A stretch of 42,891 nucleotides of DNA from Armatimonadota bacterium (lineage in GTDB: Bacteria; Sysuimicrobiota; Sysuimicrobiia; Sysuimicrobiales; Kaftiobacteriaceae), in assembly GCA_037440005.1 (NCBI GenBank), contig JBBIUY010000026.1, positions 1 to 42,891 on the forward strand, read 5' to 3'. Shown here piece after piece: positions 35,147 to 42,891 of this stretch; within the stretch, counting starts at the first letter, position 1; each line of letters opens with the position of its first letter. Made by a program: the position numbers and the translations under genes. The notes under the pieces are model-generated. The model was not told the origin of the DNA and made no database searches. It saw only the letters and a program-made list of their open reading frames with translations.

Positions 35147-35521
35147 ATGCGCCTGTCCCGGCGGCGGTTCCAGCAGCTGGTGGCCCGGGGCCTGGAGTCG
35201 ATTCCCGAGGAGATCCGCGCGCGGCTGGACAACGTGGCGGTGGTGGTGGAGGACTGGCCCACTCCCGAGCAGCTGGCCGCCGCCGGGGTGGGCCCGGAGG
35301 AGACTCTGTTCGGCCTGTACGAAGGCGTCCCCCTGATCCACCGGGGCATCACCGCCGACCCCCTGCTGCCCGACAAGATCACCCTCTTTCAGGGTCCGCT
35401 GGAGGAGGCGTGCGCGACCGAGCAGGAGATGGCCGAGGAGATCCGGCGGACCGTCGTCCACGAGATCGCCCACCACTTCGGCATCGACGAAGAGCGCCTG
35501 GCCGAGCTGGGATACGACTGA
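35147..35521 (+). CDS. Zincin-like metallopeptidase family protein (DUF1025 type)
   Basis: LFGLYEG, LPDKITLF, VVHEIAHHFG. Candidate promoter TTGAGG-17-TACAGT at 35107-35135. Confidence 0.88.
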   Translation: MRLSRRRFQQLVARGLESIPEEIRARLDNVAVVVEDWPTPEQLAAAGVGPEETLFGLYEGVPLIHRGITADPLLPDKITLFQGPLEEACATEQEMAEEIRRTVVHEIAHHFGIDEERLAELGYD

Positions 35522-35575
35522 TCGCCCGATGCCGATCGCCCCGCCCGGCCGACGGCGTGAACGGGGAGGCCCGCC

Positions 35576-37267
35576 ATGGGTGTGCTGACTGTCCTGCTGG
35601 ATGCGCTGGCGGCGGCGGGGCTGCTGCTCCGCAACGCCCTGGTACGCCTGCTGCCCGCCCCCGAGGTCGTGCTCCTGACGGTGTCCGGATCCCTGCCGGA
35701 GCGCCGGACGCCTCCGCCGGGACGGCTGCGCCGCTGGCTCGCTCGGGGGTGGGCGGCCGAACCGGAGGTGAGCCTGGAGGAGTGGAGGGAGAGGCTGCGG
35801 GCGCTGGCCGGGGATCCCCGGGTGCGCGGCGTGGTGGTCCGGGTGGGGCCCCTGCGGGCGGGGCTGCCCGCCCTGCAGGTCCTGCGCGCCGGCCTGCAGC
35901 GGCTGCGATCGGCCGGCAAGCGCGTGGTCGCCTTCCTGCCCGTCAGCGACCTGGCGGGTTACTACCTGGCCAGCGGAGCGGACGAGGTGGTGGTCCCCGA
36001 CAGCGCGGAGCTGATGCTGTGGGGCCTGCGGGTGGAGGCGACGTTCCTGCGGGCGGCGCTGGACCGGCTGGGGATCCGGGCTCAGTACCACCACATCGCC
36101 GAGTACAAGACCGCCGCCCACCGGGTCCTGTACCCGAAGATGACGCCGCCCCAGAGGGAGATGCTGGAGGCGATCCTGGACACCTGGCACGAGGAGATCG
36201 TTTCCTCCGTCTCCTCCTCCCGGGGGCTGGCGCCCGAGCAGCTGGCCGCCGCCATCGACCGGGGCATCCTGACCGCCGAGGAGGCGCTGCAGCTCCGCCT
36301 GGTGGACCGGGTGGCGTACGAGGACGAGCTGCCGCAGCTGCTGGGGACCGCCGGCCGTCCGGCGCGGATCCTGCCCTGGCCCCAGGCGTCCCGCCGCCTG
36401 CGGGCGCCCCTGCGGCGGCGGAGGCGCCCGGCCATCGCCGTGGTGCAGGTCCTGGGGACCATCGTGCCCGGGGAGAGCCGGGAGTTCCCCGTGCCCCTGC
36501 CGCTGGTGGGCAGCCGTCTGGCCGGGTCGGACACGGTGGCGCGGGCCCTGCGGGCGGCCGAGCGCATGCCGTCGGTGCGGGCCGTCATCCTCCACGTGGA
36601 GTCGGGCGGGGGATCCGCCGTGGCCTCGGACCTGATCTGGCGGGAAGTGGTGCGGGTGCAGCGGCGCAAGCCCGTGGTGGCGTTTTTGGGGACGGTGGCG
36701 GGCTCGGGCGGTTACTACGTGGGCTGCGGAGCGCGCCGCATCGTGTGCAGCCCGCTCACCCTGACGGGGTCCATCGGCGTGGTGGCGGGGAAGATCAGCC
36801 TGCGGGGTCTGGCGACCCGGGCCGGCGTGGGGCGCGAGATCCTGTTCCGGGGAGAGTCGGCCACCCTGGCGTCCCCGTTCGCCGAGTACACCGACGCCCA
36901 GGAGGCCGCCGTCCGCCGGTGGACCGAGGACATCTACCGCCGCTTCCTGGCGCGGGTGTCCGCCGGGCGCGGCCTGCCCGCAGACCAGGTGGAGGCGGTG
37001 GCGCGGGGGCGGGTGTGGACCGGCCGCGACGCCCTCTCCCGCGGGCTGGTGGACGAGCTGGGCGACTTCGAGACGGCGATCCGCCGGGCCCGGGAACTGG
37101 CGGGACTGCCCCCCGAGGCGGACGTGGCGGTGGTCACCGTCCGTCCTCCCCGATACGTCCCGGTTCCCACGACGGCGGCCGGCTGGCTGCAGGCGCTGCG
37201 TCAGGTGACCGACCTGGTCGCCGCGCCCGCCCTGCTCCTCATGCCCGGCGTGGAGGTGGGCGGATGA
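35576..37267 (+). CDS. sppA: Signal peptide peptidase SppA (protease IV)
   Basis: YYLAS.AD, EYKTA (Lys), SGGGS..AS, AGSGGYY (Ser), TGSIGV, GRVWTG, GLVDELG. Confidence 0.9.
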   Translation: MGVLTVLLDALAAAGLLLRNALVRLLPAPEVVLLTVSGSLPERRTPPPGRLRRWLARGWAAEPEVSLEEWRERLRALAGDPRVRGVVVRVGPLRAGLPALQVLRAGLQRLRSAGKRVVAFLPVSDLAGYYLASGADEVVVPDSAELMLWGLRVEATFLRAALDRLGIRAQYHHIAEYKTAAHRVLYPKMTPPQREMLEAILDTWHEEIVSSVSSSRGLAPEQLAAAIDRGILTAEEALQLRLVDRVAYEDELPQLLGTAGRPARILPWPQASRRLRAPLRRRRRPAIAVVQVLGTIVPGESREFPVPLPLVGSRLAGSDTVARALRAAERMPSVRAVILHVESGGGSAVASDLIWREVVRVQRRKPVVAFLGTVAGSGGYYVGCGARRIVCSPLTLTGSIGVVAGKISLRGLATRAGVGREILFRGESATLASPFAEYTDAQEAAVRRWTEDIYRRFLARVSAGRGLPADQVEAVARGRVWTGRDALSRGLVDELGDFETAIRRARELAGLPPEADVAVVTVRPPRYVPVPTTAAGWLQALRQVTDLVAAPALLLMPGVEVGG

Positions 37268-37737
37268 CGGCGTGGGCGCGGGGGCTGCTGGCCGGCATCG
37301 TCCTGGGACTCGGCGCGGGCGCCCTGGCGGGGTCGGCCCGGGTGGACGCCTTCGTGCGGGCGGACACGGGCGGGGTGGTGGTGGACCTGCGGGTGGACGA
37401 GCCGGTCCTGGGCCGTCTGACCCGGCCGGCGGTGGGGACCCTGGGTGAGGTGCACGTGGCCCGCCGGTCGTGGGTGGTGGCGTCCGCCTACGAGGTCAGC
37501 CTGCACGCCGGCCCCGCCGCCGCGGACGCCCTGGCAGGGGTGCGGGCGACCGTGGACCTGCCGGGGCGCATTCAGGCGCCGGGAGCGGAGGTCGCCGGCG
37601 GGACCGCCACCTGGGATACGCTGCCGACGGTCCTGCGGGCGCGGTCGAGAACCGTCCACGGGCTGCGTCTGGCGGTCCTGGCCGCGGCGGTCGCCGTGGT
37701 CTGGGTGTGGGGCCGGTCCCCGACCCGGAGGAGTTAG
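37264..37737 (+). CDS. Hypothetical secreted or membrane-anchored protein
   Basis: ATGA overlap with sppA. N-terminal signal and C-terminal TM segment. Confidence 0.65.
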   Translation: MTAWARGLLAGIVLGLGAGALAGSARVDAFVRADTGGVVVDLRVDEPVLGRLTRPAVGTLGEVHVARRSWVVASAYEVSLHAGPAAADALAGVRATVDLPGRIQAPGAEVAGGTATWDTLPTVLRARSRTVHGLRLAVLAAAVAVVWVWGRSPTRRS

Positions 37738-37779
37738 AGGCGGAGGGTGGGAAGGACCAGGGAGTTGAGGGGAGGGACG

Positions 37780-38553
37780 ATGTTTCGCCTGCGGGTGATG
37801 CGCAGCGGCAGCGGCGGCAACGCGGTGTTCGTGCACGGCGGGAACACGCGGATCCTGGTCGACGCCGGCGTGCCCGCCGAGGTGGCGATGCGGGACCTGG
37901 CCGCAGTCCCGGACGCCTCTCCGCTGGCGGCCATCCTCCTCACCCACGAACACGACGACCACGCCCGGGGCGCCTGCGCGCTGGCCCGGCAGGCCGGCGC
38001 GTCCGTGCTGGCCACCGAGGGGACCCTGCGGGCGGCGGGGGAGTCTCTGGCGGGAGTGTCCACCGGGCGCATCATCCCCGGCGTCCCCACCCGGGTGGGC
38101 GACCTGCAGGTGGAGGCGTTTGCCGTCTCCCACGACGCGGCCGAGCCGGTGGGCTACGTGATCTCCCGGGGGTCTCATGCGGTCCTCATCGCCACCGACC
38201 TGGGGGCGGTGGACGAGGCGCTGGTGGAGCGGGCGCGCGGTGTGGACGCCCTGGTGGTGGAGGCCAACTACGACCTGCGCCTGCTGGCCGTCAGCCCCTA
38301 CCCGTGGTTTCTCAAAAACCGCATCCTCAGCCCCACCGGCCACCTGAGCAACGACGCCGCGGCCCGGCTGGTGGTGGCGGCCGCCGGCGGCCGGCTGCGC
38401 CTGGCGTGTCTGGTGCACCTCAGCGACATCAACAACCTGACGCCGCTGGCGCGGGACACCGCCCGCTGGGCGCTGGAGCGGGAAGGCATCGCCGGCGTCG
38501 TGGTGGAGGCGGTGCGCCCCAACGGGAGCGGACCCCTGTGGGAGATCGCCTGA
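37780..38553 (+). CDS. MBL-fold metallo-hydrolase (YycJ/WalJ-like)
   Basis: SGSGGN, LVDAG, THEHDDH, SHDA, TDLG, EANYD, GHLSN, HLS..NN. Confidence 0.9.
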   Translation: MFRLRVMRSGSGGNAVFVHGGNTRILVDAGVPAEVAMRDLAAVPDASPLAAILLTHEHDDHARGACALARQAGASVLATEGTLRAAGESLAGVSTGRIIPGVPTRVGDLQVEAFAVSHDAAEPVGYVISRGSHAVLIATDLGAVDEALVERARGVDALVVEANYDLRLLAVSPYPWFLKNRILSPTGHLSNDAAARLVVAAAGGRLRLACLVHLSDINNLTPLARDTARWALEREGIAGVVVEAVRPNGSGPLWEIA

Positions 38554-38646
38554 CCACCTTCCACCGGGACGCCGGCCGCGGGGGCGGGGGTGCGCCTCGC
38601 CGGCGACGGCGGGGGAGGACGTCCTGCCGGCGGTCGGCCCGGTGCG

Positions 38647-40098
38647 GTGTTTGACCCGGCCGTCCTCACCGGCAAGCCCCACGCGCCCCTGCGGCGGGCG
38701 GTGACCTCCGTGCTGAGCGCCGCCATCCGGGCGGTGGAGCCGCAGGCGGCTGTGGCCCGGGCGCTGACGGTCCAGGGCCCGATCCTGCGGGTGGGCCGGC
38801 GCCGCTACGACCTGCGCACGCTGCGTCACATCTACCTGGTGGGGGCGGGCAAGGCGTGCGCGCCGATGGCGGCCGCCTGCGAGCGCGTCCTGGGAAGACG
38901 GCTCACCGCCGGCGTGGTGGTGGTCAAGGACGGGCACGGGATGCCCCTGCGGCGGGTCGAGGTCGTGGAGGCCGGCCACCCGCTGCCCGACGACCGGGGC
39001 GCCCGCGCGGCCGAGCGGATCCTGGAGCTGGTCTCGCAGGCGGGGGCTGACGATCTGGTCCTGTGCGTGATCTCCGGCGGCGGGTCGGCGCTGCTGCCGG
39101 CTCCCGCGGGCGGGATCACCCTGCGGGAGAAGACGACGGTCACCGACCTGCTGCTGCGGTCCGGGGCCACCATCCGCGAGATCAACGCCGTCCGCAAGCA
39201 CCTGTCCCGGATCAAGGGAGGCCAGCTGGCCCGCGCGGCGTCCCCCGCCCGGGTGGCGGGGGTGATCCTTTCGGACGTGCCCGGAGACACCCTGGACGCC
39301 ATCGCCTCCGGCCCCATCAGCCCGGATCCCACCACCTTCGAGGACGCTTTAGACGTCCTGCGGCGGTACGGCTTGGTGGATCAGGTCCCGCCGTCGGTGC
39401 GGTCGCACCTGGAGCGGGGGGCGGCGGGGCAGGAGCCGGAGACCCCCAAGCCCGGGGACCCGCTGTTCAGGCGGGTGCACGTGGAGGTGGTGGGCAACAT
39501 CGACGTAGCGGTGGAGGCGGCGGCGGCCCGGGTGGGCCGGCTGGGGTTCCGCCCGCTGGTTCTCACCACGCGCCTGGAGGGAGAGGCGCGGGAGGCCGCG
39601 CGGGTGATCGTGAGCATCGCCCGCGCCGTGCGGGAGCAGGGCCGGCCGGTTCGCCCGCCCGCGTGCCTGCTGGCGGGAGGGGAGACCACCGTCACGGTGC
39701 GCGGCCCGGGGCGGGGCGGCCGCTGTCAGGAGTTCGCCCTGGCCGCCGCGCTGGCCATCGACGGGTGGGAGGACGTGGTGGTGGCCGCCTGCGGCACCGA
39801 CGGCACCGACGGCCCCACCGACGCGGCGGGAGCTCTGGCGGACGGCGCGACGGCCGCCCGCGCCCGGGCGGTGGGGCAGGACCCCGCGCAGGCGCTGGCC
39901 CGCAACGACGCCTACCCGTTCTTTCAGGCGCTGACCGACCTGCTGATCAGCGGACCCACCCGCACGAACGTGACGGACGTGTATGTGGTGATGATAAAAG
40001 GGAAAAGGGAAAAAGGAAAAAGGGAAGAGGGAAGAGGGAAGAGGGGAAAGATCTCTTCCAACGTTCCAACGTTTCAACGGTCCAACGGTCCAACGTGA
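38647..40098 (+). CDS. Glycerate kinase type 2 (MOFRL family)
   Basis: GAGKA, AGHPLPD, ISGGGSAL, RKHLS.IKGG.L, SDVPGD..IASGP, GGETTV, TDGTDG, GPT.TNV.D. The last ~33 codons run through the repeat. Confidence 0.92.
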   Translation: MFDPAVLTGKPHAPLRRAVTSVLSAAIRAVEPQAAVARALTVQGPILRVGRRRYDLRTLRHIYLVGAGKACAPMAAACERVLGRRLTAGVVVVKDGHGMPLRRVEVVEAGHPLPDDRGARAAERILELVSQAGADDLVLCVISGGGSALLPAPAGGITLREKTTVTDLLLRSGATIREINAVRKHLSRIKGGQLARAASPARVAGVILSDVPGDTLDAIASGPISPDPTTFEDALDVLRRYGLVDQVPPSVRSHLERGAAGQEPETPKPGDPLFRRVHVEVVGNIDVAVEAAAARVGRLGFRPLVLTTRLEGEAREAARVIVSIARAVREQGRPVRPPACLLAGGETTVTVRGPGRGGRCQEFALAAALAIDGWEDVVVAACGTDGTDGPTDAAGALADGATAARARAVGQDPAQALARNDAYPFFQALTDLLISGPTRTNVTDVYVVMIKGKREKGKREEGRGKRGKISSNVPTFQRSNGPT

Positions 40099-40171
40099 AC
40101 GAGGGAAGAGGGAAGAGGGAACAGACCCGGCGTCCAACGCTCCAACGCTCCAACGTTCCAACGCTCCAACG
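39999..40171 (+). repeat. Two tandem copies of the bipartite (AGGGAAR)n + 5x NT(C/T)CAACG module
   Basis: Purine tract 39999-40050, five octamers 40056-40095. Three heptamers 40102-40122, five octamers 40132-40171. Confidence 0.95.
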
Positions 40172-40184
40172 GGCCAGGGGGTAG

Positions 40185-41648
40185 GTGGTGAGGGTCCTGT
40201 TCTGCATCTCTGAGGCGGTGCCGCTGGCCAAGACCGGCGGGCTGGGCGACGTGGGCGGCGCGCTGCCGGCCGCGCTGGCGTCGCTGGGGTGCGAGGTGCG
40301 CGTGGTCCTGCCCCGCTACCGCGGGGTTGACACGGCGGGGTGGCGGCGCGCCGGATCGGTGGACGTGACGCTGGGCGACCGGACCGTCCAGGCGGCGATC
40401 TGGGACGGCGCCATGCCCGACACCGGCGTGCCGGTGTGGCTGGTGGACCAGCCCGACCTGTTCGACCGCGACGGGATCTACGGGGCGGGGGGATCCGACT
40501 TCCCCGACAACCTGGCCCGCTTCTCCTGCCTGTGCCAGGTGGCCCTGGCGTGGGTGAACCGCCAGGCCTGGCGGCCCGACCTGATCCACTGCCACGACTG
40601 GCAGACCGCCCTCATCCCGCCGCTGCTGGCCAGCGGCCGGTATCCCCCGCTGCCGACGGTGCTGACCATCCACAACCTCGCCTACCAGGGGATCTTTCCG
40701 GCCGGGCAGTTCTCCCTGACCGGGCTGCCCCCGCGCATGTTCGCCGTGCGGGGCCTGGAGTACTGGGGGAAGGTGAACGTGCTCAAAGGAGGGCTGGTCT
40801 TCGCCGACATGCTGAGCACGGTGAGCCCCACCTACGCCCGGGAGATCCAGACCCCCGAGTACGGCGCCGGCCTGGACGGGGTCCTGCGGGAACGCAGCGC
40901 CCACCTGGTGGGCATCCTCAACGGCGTGGACTACCGGGTGTGGGATCCCGCCCACGATCGCTACCTCCCGGCGCGCTACACCCGGGAGGACCTGTCCGGC
41001 AAGCGGGTCTGCAAAGAGCACCTGCAACGGGAGGTCGGGCTGGAGGTGTCGCCCCAGACGCCCCTGGCGGGCATGGTGGGCCGGCTGGTGGAGCAGAAGG
41101 GGGTGGACCTGGTGGTGGCCGTCGCCCCCGACCTGCTGGCCCTGGGAGCGCAGCTGGTGGTCCTGGGGACCGGCGAGCCGCGCTACGAGCGGATGCTCAC
41201 CGACCTGGCCCGCCAGCACCCCGGGCGGGTGGCGGTGCGGATCGGCTTCGACGAGGCACTGGCGCACCGCATCGAGGCCGGCGCGGACCTGTTCCTCATG
41301 CCCTCCCGCTACGAGCCCTCGGGGCTGAACCAGCTGTACAGCCTGCGCTACGGGACCGTGCCGGTGGTGCGCCGCACCGGAGGGCTGGCCGACTCGATCA
41401 CGGACGCCACCCCCCAGGCCCTTGAGGCGGGGACGGCCACCGGCTTCGTCTTTGACGACTACAGCCCCGCGGCGCTGCGGGAGGCCCTGGCGCGGGCCCT
41501 GCAGGCCTACCGCACCCCCGCGGTGTGGCGGGCGCTGCAGCGGACCGGCATGGCGGCCGACTTCTCCTGGCAGGCGGCGGCCCGGCGGTACCGGGAGCTG
41601 TACGAGCGGACCGTCGCCGCCGGGGTCACGGACCAGACGCGGAGGTGA
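40185..41648 (+). CDS. glgA: Glycogen synthase
   Basis: KTGGLGDV, HCHDWQT, TIHNLAYQG, TVSPTYA, GILNG.D, RLVEQKG, MPSRYEPSGL.Q, TGGLAD. Confidence 0.96.
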   Translation: MVRVLFCISEAVPLAKTGGLGDVGGALPAALASLGCEVRVVLPRYRGVDTAGWRRAGSVDVTLGDRTVQAAIWDGAMPDTGVPVWLVDQPDLFDRDGIYGAGGSDFPDNLARFSCLCQVALAWVNRQAWRPDLIHCHDWQTALIPPLLASGRYPPLPTVLTIHNLAYQGIFPAGQFSLTGLPPRMFAVRGLEYWGKVNVLKGGLVFADMLSTVSPTYAREIQTPEYGAGLDGVLRERSAHLVGILNGVDYRVWDPAHDRYLPARYTREDLSGKRVCKEHLQREVGLEVSPQTPLAGMVGRLVEQKGVDLVVAVAPDLLALGAQLVVLGTGEPRYERMLTDLARQHPGRVAVRIGFDEALAHRIEAGADLFLMPSRYEPSGLNQLYSLRYGTVPVVRRTGGLADSITDATPQALEAGTATGFVFDDYSPAALREALARALQAYRTPAVWRALQRTGMAADFSWQAAARRYRELYERTVAAGVTDQTRR

Positions 41649-41652
41649 CGCG

Positions 41653-42708
41653 GTGCCCGAGCTGCGCAAAGACCCCATCTCCCGGCGCTGGGTGATCATC
41701 GCCACCGAGCGGTCCGGGCGGCCCACGGACTTCCTGCGCGAGCAGGAGGAGCCCGCCGACAGCGCCTCCTGCCCGTTTTGCGAGGGACGGGAGGACCGCA
41801 CCCCTCCGGAGATCTACGCCGTCCGGGCCCCGGGCACGGCCCCCAACACGCCGGGGTGGAGGGTGCGGGTCGTCAGCAACAAGTTCCCGGCCCTGCGCAT
41901 CGAGGGCAGCACCGAGCGCACCCGGCCGGGGATCTTCACCCGGATGGACGGGGTGGGCGCCCACGAGGTGATCATCGAGACCCCCGACCACGCCACCCAC
42001 CTGGGGATGCTGGCGCCCGAGCACGTGGCCGAGGTGATCGGCGCGTACCTGCACCGGTACCGGGACCTGCGGGGCGACGTGCGGTTCCAGTACGCCCTGC
42101 TGTTCCGAAACCACGGCCGCACCGCCGGGGCGTCGCTGTCGCACCCCCACTCCCAGCTCATCGCCCTGCCGGTGGTGCCCAAGCGGGTGGCCGAGGAGCT
42201 GGAGGCGGCGGAGAGGTTCTACGGGCGCCAGGGGTCCTGCATCTACTGCGCCCTGCTGGCCCAGGAGCGGGCCGGCGGGGAGCGGATCATCTGGGAGAAC
42301 GACGCCTGCGTGGTCCTGGCGCCGTACGCGTCGCGGTTTCCCTTCGAAACCTGGATCCTGCCCCGGGAGCACATGGCCGACTTCGGCCGCCTCACGCCCG
42401 CGCAGGTGGACCCCCTGGCCCAGGCCCTGCGGGAGACGCTGCACCGGCTGGCCGTCTGCCTGGCCAATCCGCCCTACAACTTCATCGTCCACACGCTGCC
42501 CTACCACAGCCCCCTGGAGCACGCCTACCACTGGCACATCGAGATCATGCCGCGGCTGACCCAGGTGGCGGGCTTTGAGTGGGGGTCGGGGTTCTACATC
42601 AACCCCGTGGTCCCCGAAGACGCCGCCCGCATCCTCCGCGAGGGCACCCCGGCGGCGCTGCCCGCGCCCGCCCTCGCCGGCCGTCCCCACGGAGAAGTGG
42701 GGGACTAG
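41653..42708 (+). CDS. galT: Galactose-1-phosphate uridylyltransferase family (GalT-like)
   Basis: ELRKDP, CPFC, NKFP, G.HEVIIE, GASLSHPHSQ, HWHIEI.P, AGFE.GSG.YIN. Confidence 0.9.
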   Translation: MPELRKDPISRRWVIIATERSGRPTDFLREQEEPADSASCPFCEGREDRTPPEIYAVRAPGTAPNTPGWRVRVVSNKFPALRIEGSTERTRPGIFTRMDGVGAHEVIIETPDHATHLGMLAPEHVAEVIGAYLHRYRDLRGDVRFQYALLFRNHGRTAGASLSHPHSQLIALPVVPKRVAEELEAAERFYGRQGSCIYCALLAQERAGGERIIWENDACVVLAPYASRFPFETWILPREHMADFGRLTPAQVDPLAQALRETLHRLAVCLANPPYNFIVHTLPYHSPLEHAYHWHIEIMPRLTQVAGFEWGSGFYINPVVPEDAARILREGTPAALPAPALAGRPHGEVGD

Positions 42709-42891
42709 GCTGGCCGGCACCCGGCGCGCCTTGACTATCATCTTCCCGCTGTGGGATTTTCCCCGCTCGGGTCTCCCGTGAGATTGGGTTCCCGTTGGGA
42801 AATGGGGGAACAGCCCGTTAGGCGGATTTGGGGTCGTCTCTGCAAGCGCGGCGCCTGTCAACCCCCCCGGTGACCGGTACCCGGGATCTTG

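Noticed and set aside
39999..40171. CRISPR interpretation of the heptamer/octamer repeats
   Set aside because: They are direct tandem 7-8-mers without unique spacers.

Overview
High-GC bacterial chromosomal window, densely coding and mostly metabolic. The gene style is compatible with a thermophilic Armatimonadota/Terrabacteria-type organism, but the taxon is an impression only. Gene order: EamA transporter and pdxA (minus); a hypothetical gene, cytosine deaminase, NitT/TauT-type ABC transporter and DinB; a FadR-regulated operon with an oxalate-oxidoreductase-like 2-oxoacid:ferredoxin oxidoreductase, a TctCBA transporter, a lactate-permease-family protein and a hydrolase; a REP-associated tyrosine transposase (RAYT) preceded by six palindromic GGGGACWGTCCCC-type repeats; a cupredoxin/FAD-reductase/membrane-protein cluster with a divergent SufR-like regulator; a nitrogen-assimilation cluster (gltB, amt, unknown membrane-anchored protein, flotillin, glnA, LysE); then a thioredoxin-fold fusion, zincin, SppA, MBL hydrolase, glycerate kinase, glgA and galT. 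Main non-coding signals: (1) a ykkC-family aptamer with ppGpp-type features upstream of gltB; (2) an ANTAR-like attenuator upstream of amt; (3) a bipartite repeat module (AGGGAAR)n plus exactly five NTCCAACG octamers, found three times at two loci 38 kb apart; (4) the REP cluster beside the RAYT. No rRNA, tRNA or CRISPR array was recognised. Comparisons to reference proteins and RNAs are from memory and need database confirmation.
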